From: Phycisphaeraceae bacterium
GTDB taxonomy: Bacteria; Planctomycetota; Phycisphaerae; Phycisphaerales; Zrk34
Length of the DNA: 64,000 bases
Assembly: GCA_040905565.1 (NCBI GenBank)
Contig: JBBDRF010000012.1
Coordinates: 1 to 64,000 of the forward strand
Direction: 5' to 3'
Shown: positions 43,098 through 52,541 of the stretch, in pieces
Layout of the letters: each line of letters begins with the position of its first letter
Numbering within the stretch: position 1 is the first letter of the stretch
Translations under genes and position numbers: made by a program
Notes under the pieces: generated by a model
What the model was told of the DNA's origin: nothing
The model's input: only the letters and a program-made list of their open reading frames with translations
Database searches by the model: none

Positions 43098-43190
43098 ATT
43101 GCGTTCAGGAGCGTGGCGGATCGTGGTGGGCGTGGGTGGGCGAGCGCGGGTTGCAGACTCTATCGCTGCTGAGTCGCGGAAGCAATGCGG

Positions 43191-43916
43191 CTACGCTGCG
43201 TTCGTTTCACCCGCACGGGCGAGCACCACGGTGTTCGTCTCCGGGCGGTTGTGAAGCGGGTTGAAAAAGGTGATCTCGTGAAGTGCCACGCTCGCAAACA
43301 TGCTGCGAAGGTCTTGCAGGAAGGCTTCGCCGGGCACCTCGGCCGACCAGAGTCCGAAGATGCCGCCCGGCCGCAGGTGATGCTGCATCGCAACAAGCCC
43401 GCCTTCGCTGTAGAAGCGGCCATGGGAAGCGTTAAGCAGCGCCTCCGGCGCGTGATCGATATCAAGCAGGATGGCGTCGTAGCGGCCAGCTGAATCCTCC
43501 GGCAGTTGCTCGCGGAACTGGTCGAAGAAGTCGGCGTGCACGATCTCGCAGCGTGGATCGTCGACAAGTTGCGCCGCAGCGGGGACCAGCCTTTCACGAT
43601 GCCAATTGATGACCGGCGCGAGATACTCCACCACGCGAACCCGCCGAACGTTCGGATATTCAAGCGCGGCTGCTGCGGTATAGCCGAGCCCCAAGCCCCC
43701 GACGAGCACGTCGACAGGCCTATCGCCCAAAGCATCGAGCGCCAGCGTGGCCAGCGCCCGCTCGCTGTCGTTGATGAGACTGGACATCAGAAATTCGCCG
43801 TTGAGCGTGACCTCGTGGATCTCCGTCCCCGGCAGCGTGGCCGACGCCCGCACACGCAAACTCAACTCCCCCAACGGCGTGTCCTGATTATCCAGTTCCT
43901 GAAAACGTAAACGCAT
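43191..43916 (-). CDS. Spermidine synthase-like SAM-dependent transferase
   Basis: LNGEFLMSS, VLVGGLGLGYTA, VVE, YDAILLDIDH. Confidence 0.82.
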   Translation of the reverse strand: MRLRFQELDNQDTPLGELSLRVRASATLPGTEIHEVTLNGEFLMSSLINDSERALATLALDALGDRPVDVLVGGLGLGYTAAAALEYPNVRRVRVVEYLAPVINWHRERLVPAAAQLVDDPRCEIVHADFFDQFREQLPEDSAGRYDAILLDIDHAPEALLNASHGRFYSEGGLVAMQHHLRPGGIFGLWSAEVPGEAFLQDLRSMFASVALHEITFFNPLHNRPETNTVVLARAGETNAA

Positions 43917-44086
43917 TTTTGCCAACCAAAGGAGATTGCTGCACAGAGAGGTAAAGCGATACCCGGGGGGACGATCATAAAGCCTCCGGCCCCTCGGAGC
44001 GAGACGAAGGGCACCTGTGGCGATTGTCCGGTTGCAGCGAAGCATCAGCGACGGTTGTGCGCAGTCTAGGTAGCCATGGTCTTTGG

Positions 44087-45229
44087 TCAGGCGGTGGTCT
44101 CAGCTTCGGAGAAGGTGAAGGCCGGCAGGCGAACGATTTCGCCTCCCTTCTCTGCCGACTCATGAGCGCACAGCCCGGTGCAGGTCCAGTTTGCCGACTG
44201 GCGTGCGTTGGGGAACGGCTGGCGGTCTTCGGTGAGTGCGGTGAGGAATTCGTGGACCATGTGCGGATGCGAGCCGCCGTGGCCGCCGCCCTGCACGAAC
44301 GAAAGGTGCGCGTGCTCGTCGGCATCGTAGACGCCGGCCTGGGTGAACGAGGCGATCTCGTCAGGCAGCAAGTGGCCGTAGTCCGGCACCTTGACCCGCT
44401 CGGGGATCTCAGGCTCGGGCTTCTTAGCGGTGTGGATGACCGGGTCTTCCCCCTCGATCAGAGGCCATTCATAGCTCTTCTTTGAGCCGTAGACATTGAT
44501 CGATTCACGGTACTGCCGGGCCACATCAAACAGCGAGCGGTAAATGTGAGCCGAGAGGTCCGAATCCTTCAGCTTGATGTGACAGGTTTCCACAGCGAAC
44601 GGCGAGCCGGATTTCTGCGCCAACCGATCTTCGACCTTCCCCGAGCCGAAACACGAGACGTACTCCGCGTCCCCCTGCACAAGCCCGAGCATCGGACTCA
44701 CCACATGCGTCGCATAGTGCATCGGCACCATCGCTTCCCAATAGCTCGGCCACCCTTCCATGTCCTGCGGGTGCGACGCCTGGAGGTATTGAATGCGGCC
44801 GAGTTCGCCGTTGTCGTAAAGCTCCTTCACGAAGAGGTACTCACGGCTGTAGACGACCGTTTCCATCATCATGTACTTCAGGCCCGTCTTTTCGACGAGG
44901 TCGACGATCTGCCGACAGTCTTCGATGCTTGTCGCCATCGGCACGGTGCACGCGACATGCTTGCCCGCTTTCAATGCTGCGATGGACTGAGCGGCATGCG
45001 CCTGGATCGGCGAGTTGATGTGCACAATGTCAACGTCGGGATCGGCCAGCAGATCCTCATAGCGGCTGTATCGCTTCTCGACGCCGAACTGGTCGCCCAC
45101 CTCGTTCAACTTGCTCTCGGTCCGCTGGCAGATGGCGTACATGTTCGCCAGGGGGTGACGCTGATAGATCGGGATGAATTCAGCGCCGAAACCAAGTCCG
45201 ACAATCGCGACATTCAGTTTTTTGCTCAT
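44087..45229 (-). CDS. Gfo/Idh/MocA family oxidoreductase
   Basis: VAIVGLGFG, HINSPI..H, ALKAGKHVACTVPM, GGHGGSHP. Confidence 0.88.
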   Translation of the reverse strand: MSKKLNVAIVGLGFGAEFIPIYQRHPLANMYAICQRTESKLNEVGDQFGVEKRYSRYEDLLADPDVDIVHINSPIQAHAAQSIAALKAGKHVACTVPMATSIEDCRQIVDLVEKTGLKYMMMETVVYSREYLFVKELYDNGELGRIQYLQASHPQDMEGWPSYWEAMVPMHYATHVVSPMLGLVQGDAEYVSCFGSGKVEDRLAQKSGSPFAVETCHIKLKDSDLSAHIYRSLFDVARQYRESINVYGSKKSYEWPLIEGEDPVIHTAKKPEPEIPERVKVPDYGHLLPDEIASFTQAGVYDADEHAHLSFVQGGGHGGSHPHMVHEFLTALTEDRQPFPNARQSANWTCTGLCAHESAEKGGEIVRLPAFTFSEAETTA

Positions 45230-45282
45230 GGCTAGTCTTTCGTGAGGGCGGCTATCAAAGCAGGAAAAGTCGTTGGAAAGGC

Positions 45283-48200
45283 TCACTCGACGATCAGGAT
45301 ACCGTTCATGATGCGCCAGTGTCCGGGGAACGTGCAGACGAAGGGATACCTGCCCGGCTCCTGCGGCGCGGTGAACGTCAGCGTGTATGCTTCGTGCGGA
45401 TTCACCATCGGTGTGGCAAACAGCACGTCGTCGGTCTTGGGCACGTAGTGCTGCTCGATTGCCTCGGCTGAGCCGATCATCTGATCCGCGAGTTGCCCGA
45501 CGCGCTCGAGCGAATCGGGCTTGAGGATCAGCAGGTTGTGCTGCATGTGGTCGTTGTTGGTGAACGTGAGGCGGACGTCTTGCCCAGCATCCACAGTGAT
45601 CGTCTCCTGATCAAAGCGGATGAGGTTCGCCAGCACCCCGAGCTCGATAACGCGGGTGTCACCGTCGATGACGACTTCGTGGTCGGTCGCCCCGCCGCCG
45701 GCCTGAGCGCGGGCGTGGGTTTCAACGCGACCGACGATGCGCTGAGCGCGGTCGTCGGGGGCACTTTCAAGGGCGACGAGTTGAACATCATCGAACCAGG
45801 CGGTGCCGGTGGCTGAGCCCCATCCGCCGAAGAGCGCGTTGATGGTCAGCGACGTTCGGTTGCCCGAGTTGAAGGAGGTCTCGACGCGGGTCCAGTCGTT
45901 GTCGCCCTCAAGGCCGGTCGTGCGGGCGCCCTCTGCCCCTTGCAGTTCGTGGACGTTGAATAGTGCCCCGTGGGCGTTGCCTTGGGTGGCGATGTTCTCG
46001 GTGCGAATCCACCCGGAAAGCCGGTATCGCGTGCCGGGCTGGACTTCGACATTGGTGTACCAGCTCGTGTCTGATCCGCTCTCGGAACTGATGCGCACGG
46101 CGTGTCCCTGTTCACGGCCTTCGTCCACGCGGTGCGCGGCGACGCCTTGATAGTTACGTATCGACCAACCGGCCGGCGAGCCGTTCTCAAGATCAGTGAA
46201 CGAGAGGTTCGCCAGCTGGTTCGGCAAAACGTCTTCCGCTTCGTCTTCCTCATGAGCTGTGTGGAAGCTCGGATCGGCGTGGGCTGCGGCGAGGAAACCG
46301 CCAATGTGTTGCACCGCGGCGAAGGTCAGGGCGTCGTCCATGATCCGATCGCCTTCGCTGCGGTTCGCAGCAATACGCTGATAGACGGCTCGGCCGACGG
46401 CGTCGGCATGCGGCTGATCGGCAAGCGCGAGCAGGGCGGCGAGTCGAACCTGCACGTCGTCATCTTCGATGAGCCCGGCCTCGAGGATCGCCTGCGCCAT
46501 CGTCGCATCCGTCGGCAGCACCTGTACCGCGTTCCGCCTCACGCCTGCCGACGGATGCCGAAGCGCCGCAACGGCTGCGCCCGAGGCCTCGTTGCCCAAT
46601 TCGATGGCACCAAGGCCGTGCAGTGTCCAGAGGGCGTGGATGGCTCCAACGTTGAGCCCGATCGCATCAACGGACTGATCCTCAACCAGCGTGATGAGTT
46701 GCTCGGCGACGTCGCGGTCGCCGCGTTCCACCAGCAGCCGCTGGGCGTGGCGACGCCAGAGCAGGTTGTGATGGCGGAGCGTTTCGACCAGCCGCTGCGG
46801 CTCTGCGTTGTGAAGCGAGAGCGGCTGCTGATCGTCGCCGCCGGTGTAGACGATGCGGTAGATGCGGCCGTGTCGGCGGTCACGCAAGTCACTGACGTAG
46901 GCGTTGCCGTCGCCGGTTTCGTGGCCCGCGGGCGTGGGGTTGTGCTGGACGATGAACGCGTACCAGTCGAGCACCCAGACATGACCATCCGGCCCGACCT
47001 CCGCCATGATCGGCGAGGCCCACTCGTCATCGCTCGCCAGCAGATTCGACGGATTGTGCGAGCGGTAGTCGGCCCCATCACCGTCAATCAAAAACTCGCC
47101 GACCAGATTCCCCGTTGGATCGGTCACGAACGCGACGCGGTTCCAGTAGTGCTTCGGCCAGGTGCGGGCGGTGTAGAGGGCGTGCCCCGCGGCGGAGGTG
47201 TAGCCGCCGTGGACGTCGACCTGGCGAATGTTTCGCGTCATGTTGAGGAAACGGGCCCGGTCGGCGATGCCGTTGAGGGTGCTGGCTTCCAGATCGTGCA
47301 CCCGGTCGTAGTAGCGGCGGGCGATGGGCATGTGATCGCTGGGGTTGTTGTTCGCGGTGGAGGGGAAGACGCTGCCTTCTTCGCTGAAGCCGAGGCCCCA
47401 GGTGTTGTTGTTGGTTCGCCTCAGGAATTCGAGTGCGGAGCCGTCCGGTTTGAAACGATGGACGCCCATGCCGAACGTCTGCCGTTCGCCGTTGACTTCG
47501 CCTGCGAACCCGGCGTAACCGGTCGTGCCCCATATCCAGTTATCGAGCCCGTATTGCATGTTGCTCGGCCCGGCATGGGTGTCGTTCTGATGCCAACCCG
47601 TGATGAGGCGCTGACGCACATCCGCTTTGCCGTCGCCGGTCGTGTCCTTCAGGAACAGCGTATGCGGCGCCTGCTGCACGATGACACCGCCGTTCGCGAA
47701 GGTCAGCGAGGTCGGAATGTTCAGACCTTCGGCGAAGACCTGAAACGAATCGGCCTTACCGTCGCCGGTGGTGTCCTCGAGAATGCTGATGCGATCGCGC
47801 CCCTCGCCCTGGGGCCGAATCTCGTTGGGGTAGTCCTGAGTCTCAGCGATCCAGAGGCGACCGCGCTCATCCCATGCCATCGCGATCGGCTTGCGAATGT
47901 CCGGCTCGGCGGCGAAGAGTTGAAGTTCGAAACCCGCTGGCAAAATGTAGCGGCGTTGCGAATCCTCCGGCGAGAGCGGCAACTGCATCTGCTGCCATTC
48001 GCTGTCGCCACTTCGGTCGCCGCCCGGTGCGTAGAAGGGGACATCCTGTTCAACGTACTCAAACGGTTGATGCAGTTCTCGCTGAGCGAGTACCTTGGGC
48101 ACGTCCTGCTTGACCGACCAGCGGATGCCGCGTTCGATCAGATCGTGAAATTCGGGCTGTGCGAACGTGCGTTGATCGTGGCCCCAGGCGGTGTAGAAGA

Positions 48201-48843
48201 CCCGGCCGTCGCCGTGGGTACGCAGCCATGTGTAGGGCTCGTCCTCGCGGTACTCGATGACGGTGCGGTCTTCGTTGTGGCGATGATGGACATAGGATTC
48301 ATCCCAGCTTTCGAATCCTTCGTAGCCGACGAAGTCGCGCGGCATGTCTTCAACAACGCGCGTGCGGAAGACGCCGGCGCCGTGGCTTTGAAACTGTGCA
48401 CCGACGAGTTCGATGTAATCATCGGAGTTGTGGAAGCAGAAGGAGGCGGAATGGATGGCGACGAGTCCGCCGCCGTTGTCCACGTAACGCAGCAGGGCAG
48501 CTTCCTGCTCGGCGGAAATCTGCTCAATGTTGGCGTAGATGATCAGCGCGTCGTACGCGTCCATGGTGGGGTACGTCAGCGCGTCCATGTTCTGCGTGTA
48601 GTGGATCTCGATGTCCCGGTCGAGCATGGCGGGGACGAGCTGTCGAGCGCGGTCGGGCGGACGGTGACTGGCTTCGTCGCCGAGCCACATCACACGCAGC
48701 CGTGAATCCTCGCCCTGCCCGGCCTCGGCAGCATCCACATCGCGTGGCATCCCTGCGCACGCCGTCAGCAGCACAACTGTTGCGACTGTTACGCCCGCGA
48801 TGCCGGCTACCCAAGTTCCTGCGCGTACCGCTTTATCGTTCAT
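45283..48843 (-). CDS. PVC-type membrane-bound dehydrogenase-like lipoprotein: ThuA-like, beta-propeller, HEAT, CBM-like and cupredoxin domains
   Basis: LLTAC lipobox; GGGLVAIHSAS and GRVFYTAWGHD (ThuA-like); FAAEPDIRKPIAMAWDERGRLW; DTHAGPSN; NNTWGLGF; VQPGTRYRLSGWIRT; HN...CTFPGHWRIM. Confidence 0.85.
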   Translation of the reverse strand: MNDKAVRAGTWVAGIAGVTVATVVLLTACAGMPRDVDAAEAGQGEDSRLRVMWLGDEASHRPPDRARQLVPAMLDRDIEIHYTQNMDALTYPTMDAYDALIIYANIEQISAEQEAALLRYVDNGGGLVAIHSASFCFHNSDDYIELVGAQFQSHGAGVFRTRVVEDMPRDFVGYEGFESWDESYVHHRHNEDRTVIEYREDEPYTWLRTHGDGRVFYTAWGHDQRTFAQPEFHDLIERGIRWSVKQDVPKVLAQRELHQPFEYVEQDVPFYAPGGDRSGDSEWQQMQLPLSPEDSQRRYILPAGFELQLFAAEPDIRKPIAMAWDERGRLWIAETQDYPNEIRPQGEGRDRISILEDTTGDGKADSFQVFAEGLNIPTSLTFANGGVIVQQAPHTLFLKDTTGDGKADVRQRLITGWHQNDTHAGPSNMQYGLDNWIWGTTGYAGFAGEVNGERQTFGMGVHRFKPDGSALEFLRRTNNNTWGLGFSEEGSVFPSTANNNPSDHMPIARRYYDRVHDLEASTLNGIADRARFLNMTRNIRQVDVHGGYTSAAGHALYTARTWPKHYWNRVAFVTDPTGNLVGEFLIDGDGADYRSHNPSNLLASDDEWASPIMAEVGPDGHVWVLDWYAFIVQHNPTPAGHETGDGNAYVSDLRDRRHGRIYRIVYTGGDDQQPLSLHNAEPQRLVETLRHHNLLWRRHAQRLLVERGDRDVAEQLITLVEDQSVDAIGLNVGAIHALWTLHGLGAIELGNEASGAAVAALRHPSAGVRRNAVQVLPTDATMAQAILEAGLIEDDDVQVRLAALLALADQPHADAVGRAVYQRIAANRSEGDRIMDDALTFAAVQHIGGFLAAAHADPSFHTAHEEDEAEDVLPNQLANLSFTDLENGSPAGWSIRNYQGVAAHRVDEGREQGHAVRISSESGSDTSWYTNVEVQPGTRYRLSGWIRTENIATQGNAHGALFNVHELQGAEGARTTGLEGDNDWTRVETSFNSGNRTSLTINALFGGWGSATGTAWFDDVQLVALESAPDDRAQRIVGRVETHARAQAGGGATDHEVVIDGDTRVIELGVLANLIRFDQETITVDAGQDVRLTFTNNDHMQHNLLILKPDSLERVGQLADQMIGSAEAIEQHYVPKTDDVLFATPMVNPHEAYTLTFTAPQEPGRYPFVCTFPGHWRIMNGILIVE

Positions 48844-49050
48844 GGTTGACCCGTCTGTTGAGAGAGCTTTGATGATGTCACAACGTCAAGGTACCGCGCG
48901 CCGTACCTCGACGGCCATGAAATTTTGCGTCAGACACTTGATGAATTTCACCGACTCGAAGATCGCAGCTTCTGTTAGGTAGATATACATAGTCGGGTAT
49001 AATCGGCTTCTGCTTTGCCAGGCGTCCGCGCAGGAACTGAGGTTTTTTGC

Positions 49051-50277
49051 ATGCACGATTCATCTCTGATCGGTCACGATTCGTCTTCGCGTGCGTCGGG
49101 TGCGCCACTTAATGGCAGCAAACGAAGGCGCGTGGCACTGATCGTTGAAACCTCCAACGAGTATGCCCGCGGCATCCTATACGGACTGCGTGCTTATATC
49201 CGAGAGCATGAATCATGGGAGATCTATCTCGGCGAGCATAGCCGGGGTGAGGCGGCGCCTGCCTGGCTCGCGCGGTGGGACGGCGACGGCATCATCGCGC
49301 GGATTGAGAACGAAACGATCGCCCGCGCCGTCGGACGCTCCAAGCGACCCACCGTGGATGTGAGTGCCGCAAGGCTGCTGCCCGACCTTCCCTGGGTCGA
49401 GACGAACGACACGATGATCGGCCGTCTCGCTTTGGATCATCTGCTCGACCGCGGCTTCCGCCGGTTCGGATATTGCGGTGACGCCCGGTTTAACTGGTCT
49501 CGCTGGCGGGGCGAATCGTTCGCGGCTCTGGTTCGCGAAGCCGGGCACGCCTGCGACATGTTCGACATCGCGCCCCGGGCGGGGGGATCGGCATCATGGC
49601 TTCAGCAGCGACGACGACTGATCCGATGGGTCCAGCGGCTTCCCAAGCCCGTCGGCGTGTTCGTGTGTTATGACCAACTTGGCCAGCAGTTGCTCGAAGC
49701 GTGCCGAACCGCCTCGGTGGCGGTGCCCGAGGAGATCGCGGCCCTGGGGGTGGATAACGACGAGCTTCTTTGTGATCTGGCGGACCCGCCGCTTTCCAGC
49801 GTGATTCTCGACGCCCACCGCACCGGCTACGAAGCTGCCGCCCTGCTCGACCGCATGATGCACGGTCAGACCGTCGATAAGAAGGGGAAGCTGATTGCGC
49901 CGCTGGGGATCGTGACGCGGAACTCGACGGACATCTCCGCCATTGACGATCCGGAGGTCGCCGAGGCCATGCGTTTCATCCGCCGGCATGCCTGTCAGGG
50001 CATCAATGTCGACGATGTGCTCAAGCGCGTCACCATCTCCCGCCGCATTCTCGAGAGCCGATTCGGCAAATTGATCGGGCGGTCGCCTCACGAGGAGATC
50101 GTGCGTGTTCGCCTGGCGCGTGTGAAGGAGCTACTGACCGAGACGCCGCTTTCTATCCAGGAGATCGCCCACCGCACCGGCTTTCGGCACGTGGAGTACC
50201 TCAGTGCCGCCTTCCGCAAGAGCGTCGGCGTACCTCCAAGCGTCTACCGCAATCAGGCCGGCGCGACGATTCGATAG
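49051..50277 (+). CDS. XylR-type regulator (periplasmic-binding-like domain plus AraC HTH)
   Basis: VALIVETSNEYARGIL, LPKPVGVF, VPEEIAALGVDND, PPLSSV, IAHRTGFRHVEYLSAAFRK. Confidence 0.9.
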   Translation: MHDSSLIGHDSSSRASGAPLNGSKRRRVALIVETSNEYARGILYGLRAYIREHESWEIYLGEHSRGEAAPAWLARWDGDGIIARIENETIARAVGRSKRPTVDVSAARLLPDLPWVETNDTMIGRLALDHLLDRGFRRFGYCGDARFNWSRWRGESFAALVREAGHACDMFDIAPRAGGSASWLQQRRRLIRWVQRLPKPVGVFVCYDQLGQQLLEACRTASVAVPEEIAALGVDNDELLCDLADPPLSSVILDAHRTGYEAAALLDRMMHGQTVDKKGKLIAPLGIVTRNSTDISAIDDPEVAEAMRFIRRHACQGINVDDVLKRVTISRRILESRFGKLIGRSPHEEIVRVRLARVKELLTETPLSIQEIAHRTGFRHVEYLSAAFRKSVGVPPSVYRNQAGATIR

Positions 50278-50295
50278 CAGTCGAGGCTGGAGGGA

Positions 50296-51513
50296 TCAGT
50301 TCTCCGCTGCCCAGGTACGGATGGAGGGGAGCACCGCTTCGTGCAAAAGAATCTTGACGCAAGCGACGAGCGGAATGCAAAGGATCAGCCCGTAGAGCCC
50401 GCCGAGCGCGCCGCCGACGAACACGACGATCAGAATGGTCACGATCGACATGTCCAGACTACGGCCTTGGATTACCGGCGTCAGGAGCCAGCCTTCCATG
50501 CCCTGCACCACGAGGTAGACGAAGCTTGGCCAGAAGACCACAAGCCAGAAGTCGAATGCCGCGGCTTGCGTTTCCCCGCCACCGGAGTCCAGCGTGTTCA
50601 GCCACATCAGGCCCACCGCGAGCGGCCAACCGACGATCGACGCAAACGGCACCAGACTCAGCAGCCCCGACGCCATCCCGAGCAGGAACCAGTAGGGCAC
50701 GCCGACAATCGCCCAGCCGATGCTGAACATCGCACCCATGATCAAGGCGATGACCACCCTGGCGCGGAAGAACGTGGCCACCGTCTGATCCATCTTGCCC
50801 AGCAGTTCCAACGCGCGATCGCGCCGGTTCGCAGGAATGAAGGGCTTGAAAAAGCGGAGAATGGCGTCGAAATGCCAGGCAAAGAAGAAGAAGTAGACCG
50901 CGATCAGAAACAGGCTCATCACGACGTAGACGCCCACGCCGATGACCTGCCCGATCACGCCGAAGACCCGACTGGTGCCCGCGAAGATCGTGCCGAGCGC
51001 TCCGACGATGAAGCCCCCCGGGTCGGCCTGAAGGTCCTCCGCCCACTGCTGGACGTCCGATTGCAATGACCCCAGTTCCAGGTCGAAGTGGTTCGCCAGC
51101 GCGGTCAGACGGGTGGGCAGATCGCGGGCAAGGTCCTCAAGTTGGCTGTAAAACTTCGGGCCCATCCACGCCAGCAAGCCCAAGCCGACCAGCGCCAGGC
51201 TCAGCATCAGCAGCGCCACCACCACGGGCCTGGAGAACCTGCTCTGGGCCTCGCCGAAGCGGATGATCGGCTGAAACAGGTACGCCAAGGCAAAGGCGAC
51301 AAGGACGGGCGTGAAGATTGATCGCAGCGCATAACCCAGCCAGATGGCGCCGATGGTCACGGTAAGCGCGACGACGATCCAGAACAGATCGCGGACCGCC
51401 TGCACCTGCCAGAGCCGACGGTCGTGCCAGGGGGGCAGGGGGGGCGGAGGCGACGGGGTGGGCGCCCGGCGGGGCGGGACGGGATCGGAATCGACAGAAG
51501 CGTTACCGGACAT
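50296..51513 (-). CDS. AI-2E family transporter
   Basis: PVLVAFALAYLFQP, GLLSLVPFAS, VQGMEGWLLTPVIQG, GLYGLILCIP. Confidence 0.88.
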   Translation of the reverse strand: MSGNASVDSDPVPPRRAPTPSPPPPLPPWHDRRLWQVQAVRDLFWIVVALTVTIGAIWLGYALRSIFTPVLVAFALAYLFQPIIRFGEAQSRFSRPVVVALLMLSLALVGLGLLAWMGPKFYSQLEDLARDLPTRLTALANHFDLELGSLQSDVQQWAEDLQADPGGFIVGALGTIFAGTSRVFGVIGQVIGVGVYVVMSLFLIAVYFFFFAWHFDAILRFFKPFIPANRRDRALELLGKMDQTVATFFRARVVIALIMGAMFSIGWAIVGVPYWFLLGMASGLLSLVPFASIVGWPLAVGLMWLNTLDSGGGETQAAAFDFWLVVFWPSFVYLVVQGMEGWLLTPVIQGRSLDMSIVTILIVVFVGGALGGLYGLILCIPLVACVKILLHEAVLPSIRTWAAEN

Positions 51514-51526
51514 TAACACTCATTTC

Positions 51527-51958
51527 TCAGGTTTGCTGGACCGCATCGGGCTCAAAACCCGCCGTCGGAACGCGGTCGAGCGGGATGGTCGCGAGCATGG
51601 CATCATCGAGATCGAAAACGCCGTCGAAATCGCGCACCGAGTCCGACTCTGTCGCCTGCATCAGCCCGGCATCAACCATGGCGAACACGATGCGGCCAAA
51701 GTCCTCCGTACGGTTGATGCGCCAGCGGCGCAGGACCGTACGTGCCATGTGACCGTACTGGTCGATGGCGAAGTCCCGCAGGCCCAGTGAGAGCTGATCG
51801 CCGGAGACGTGGCGTTCCTGCTCGGTCAGTTTCTCGGGCTGGGAATGTGCCCGGTGGACGGTGTAGTCGAGTCCCCGACGCACGAAGTGAAACGCATCGA
51901 GCGGGTAATGGGTGCGGCTTGCTGCCTCGCGGAGGGTGATCACTTGCGTCTCGCTCAT
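51527..51958 (-). CDS. Minf_1886-like (Verrucomicrobia/Planctomycetes-restricted) protein
   Basis: YPLDAFHFVRRGL, HVSGDQL, QYGHMARTVLRRW, TEDFGRIVF. Confidence 0.8.
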   Translation of the reverse strand: MSETQVITLREAASRTHYPLDAFHFVRRGLDYTVHRAHSQPEKLTEQERHVSGDQLSLGLRDFAIDQYGHMARTVLRRWRINRTEDFGRIVFAMVDAGLMQATESDSVRDFDGVFDLDDAMLATIPLDRVPTAGFEPDAVQQT

Positions 51959-52181
51959 CTAGGCGTACCTCTCAAGTTCGGCCAGGAAAACACTAAAAGC
52001 ATAGCGGCCGTCACTCCGACTATTCAAGAGATGCTCTGCTATCGGGAACGCCCCGATACGCCCAAACGTCTTTTCCCCTCCCGCCGGCAAGGAAGTATAG
52101 CAATCCAAAAATTCTCGGTCGAGACCCTTTTTGAGGCCGAAATCGGGCTCGCGGAGGGCGGTTTGCTCCATCGCAGCGAAG

Positions 52182-52517
52182 TCAGGTCGGGTCGAGCGGG
52201 TAGAACAGGGCGAGCCAGACAGTCGGTTCGCGGTCTGTCGTCCATGCCACCCGGTGCTTCTGGTGGGGAGGGATGTTCAGGTAGTCGCCGGGCCTCATGT
52301 GGATGGGCTGGTCGTCGCCCTGAATTTGCAGCTTCGCTTCGCCCCGCAGAAGGACGACCCACTCAGCCTCGGGCTGGTCGTACCAGAATCCGGGAAGGCT
52401 GGCCTGCCCGGTGGAAACGATGCGCTCGAGGCGCAGGTCGGGCTGCTGGACCAGGACCTCGGCGAGTTCCTCAGGCAGTGCGCGCGGCAGATTGTCGAAC
52501 AGGTTTTCTGCTGGCAT
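52182..52517 (-). CDS. Cupin domain protein
   Basis: LERIVSTGQAS, WYDQPEAEWVVLLRG, IPPHQKHRVAWT. Confidence 0.88.
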   Translation of the reverse strand: MPAENLFDNLPRALPEELAEVLVQQPDLRLERIVSTGQASLPGFWYDQPEAEWVVLLRGEAKLQIQGDDQPIHMRPGDYLNIPPHQKHRVAWTTDREPTVWLALFYPLDPT

Positions 52518-52541
52518 ATGGGAGCCCGGACGGGAGTTGGT

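Noticed and set aside
46102..48705. 867-aa plus-strand ORF and similar long antisense ORFs (5051-6538, 9439-11076, 24258-25817, 60114-61841)
   Set aside because: Shadow frames opposite well-supported genes, expected in high-GC DNA; no recognisable motifs
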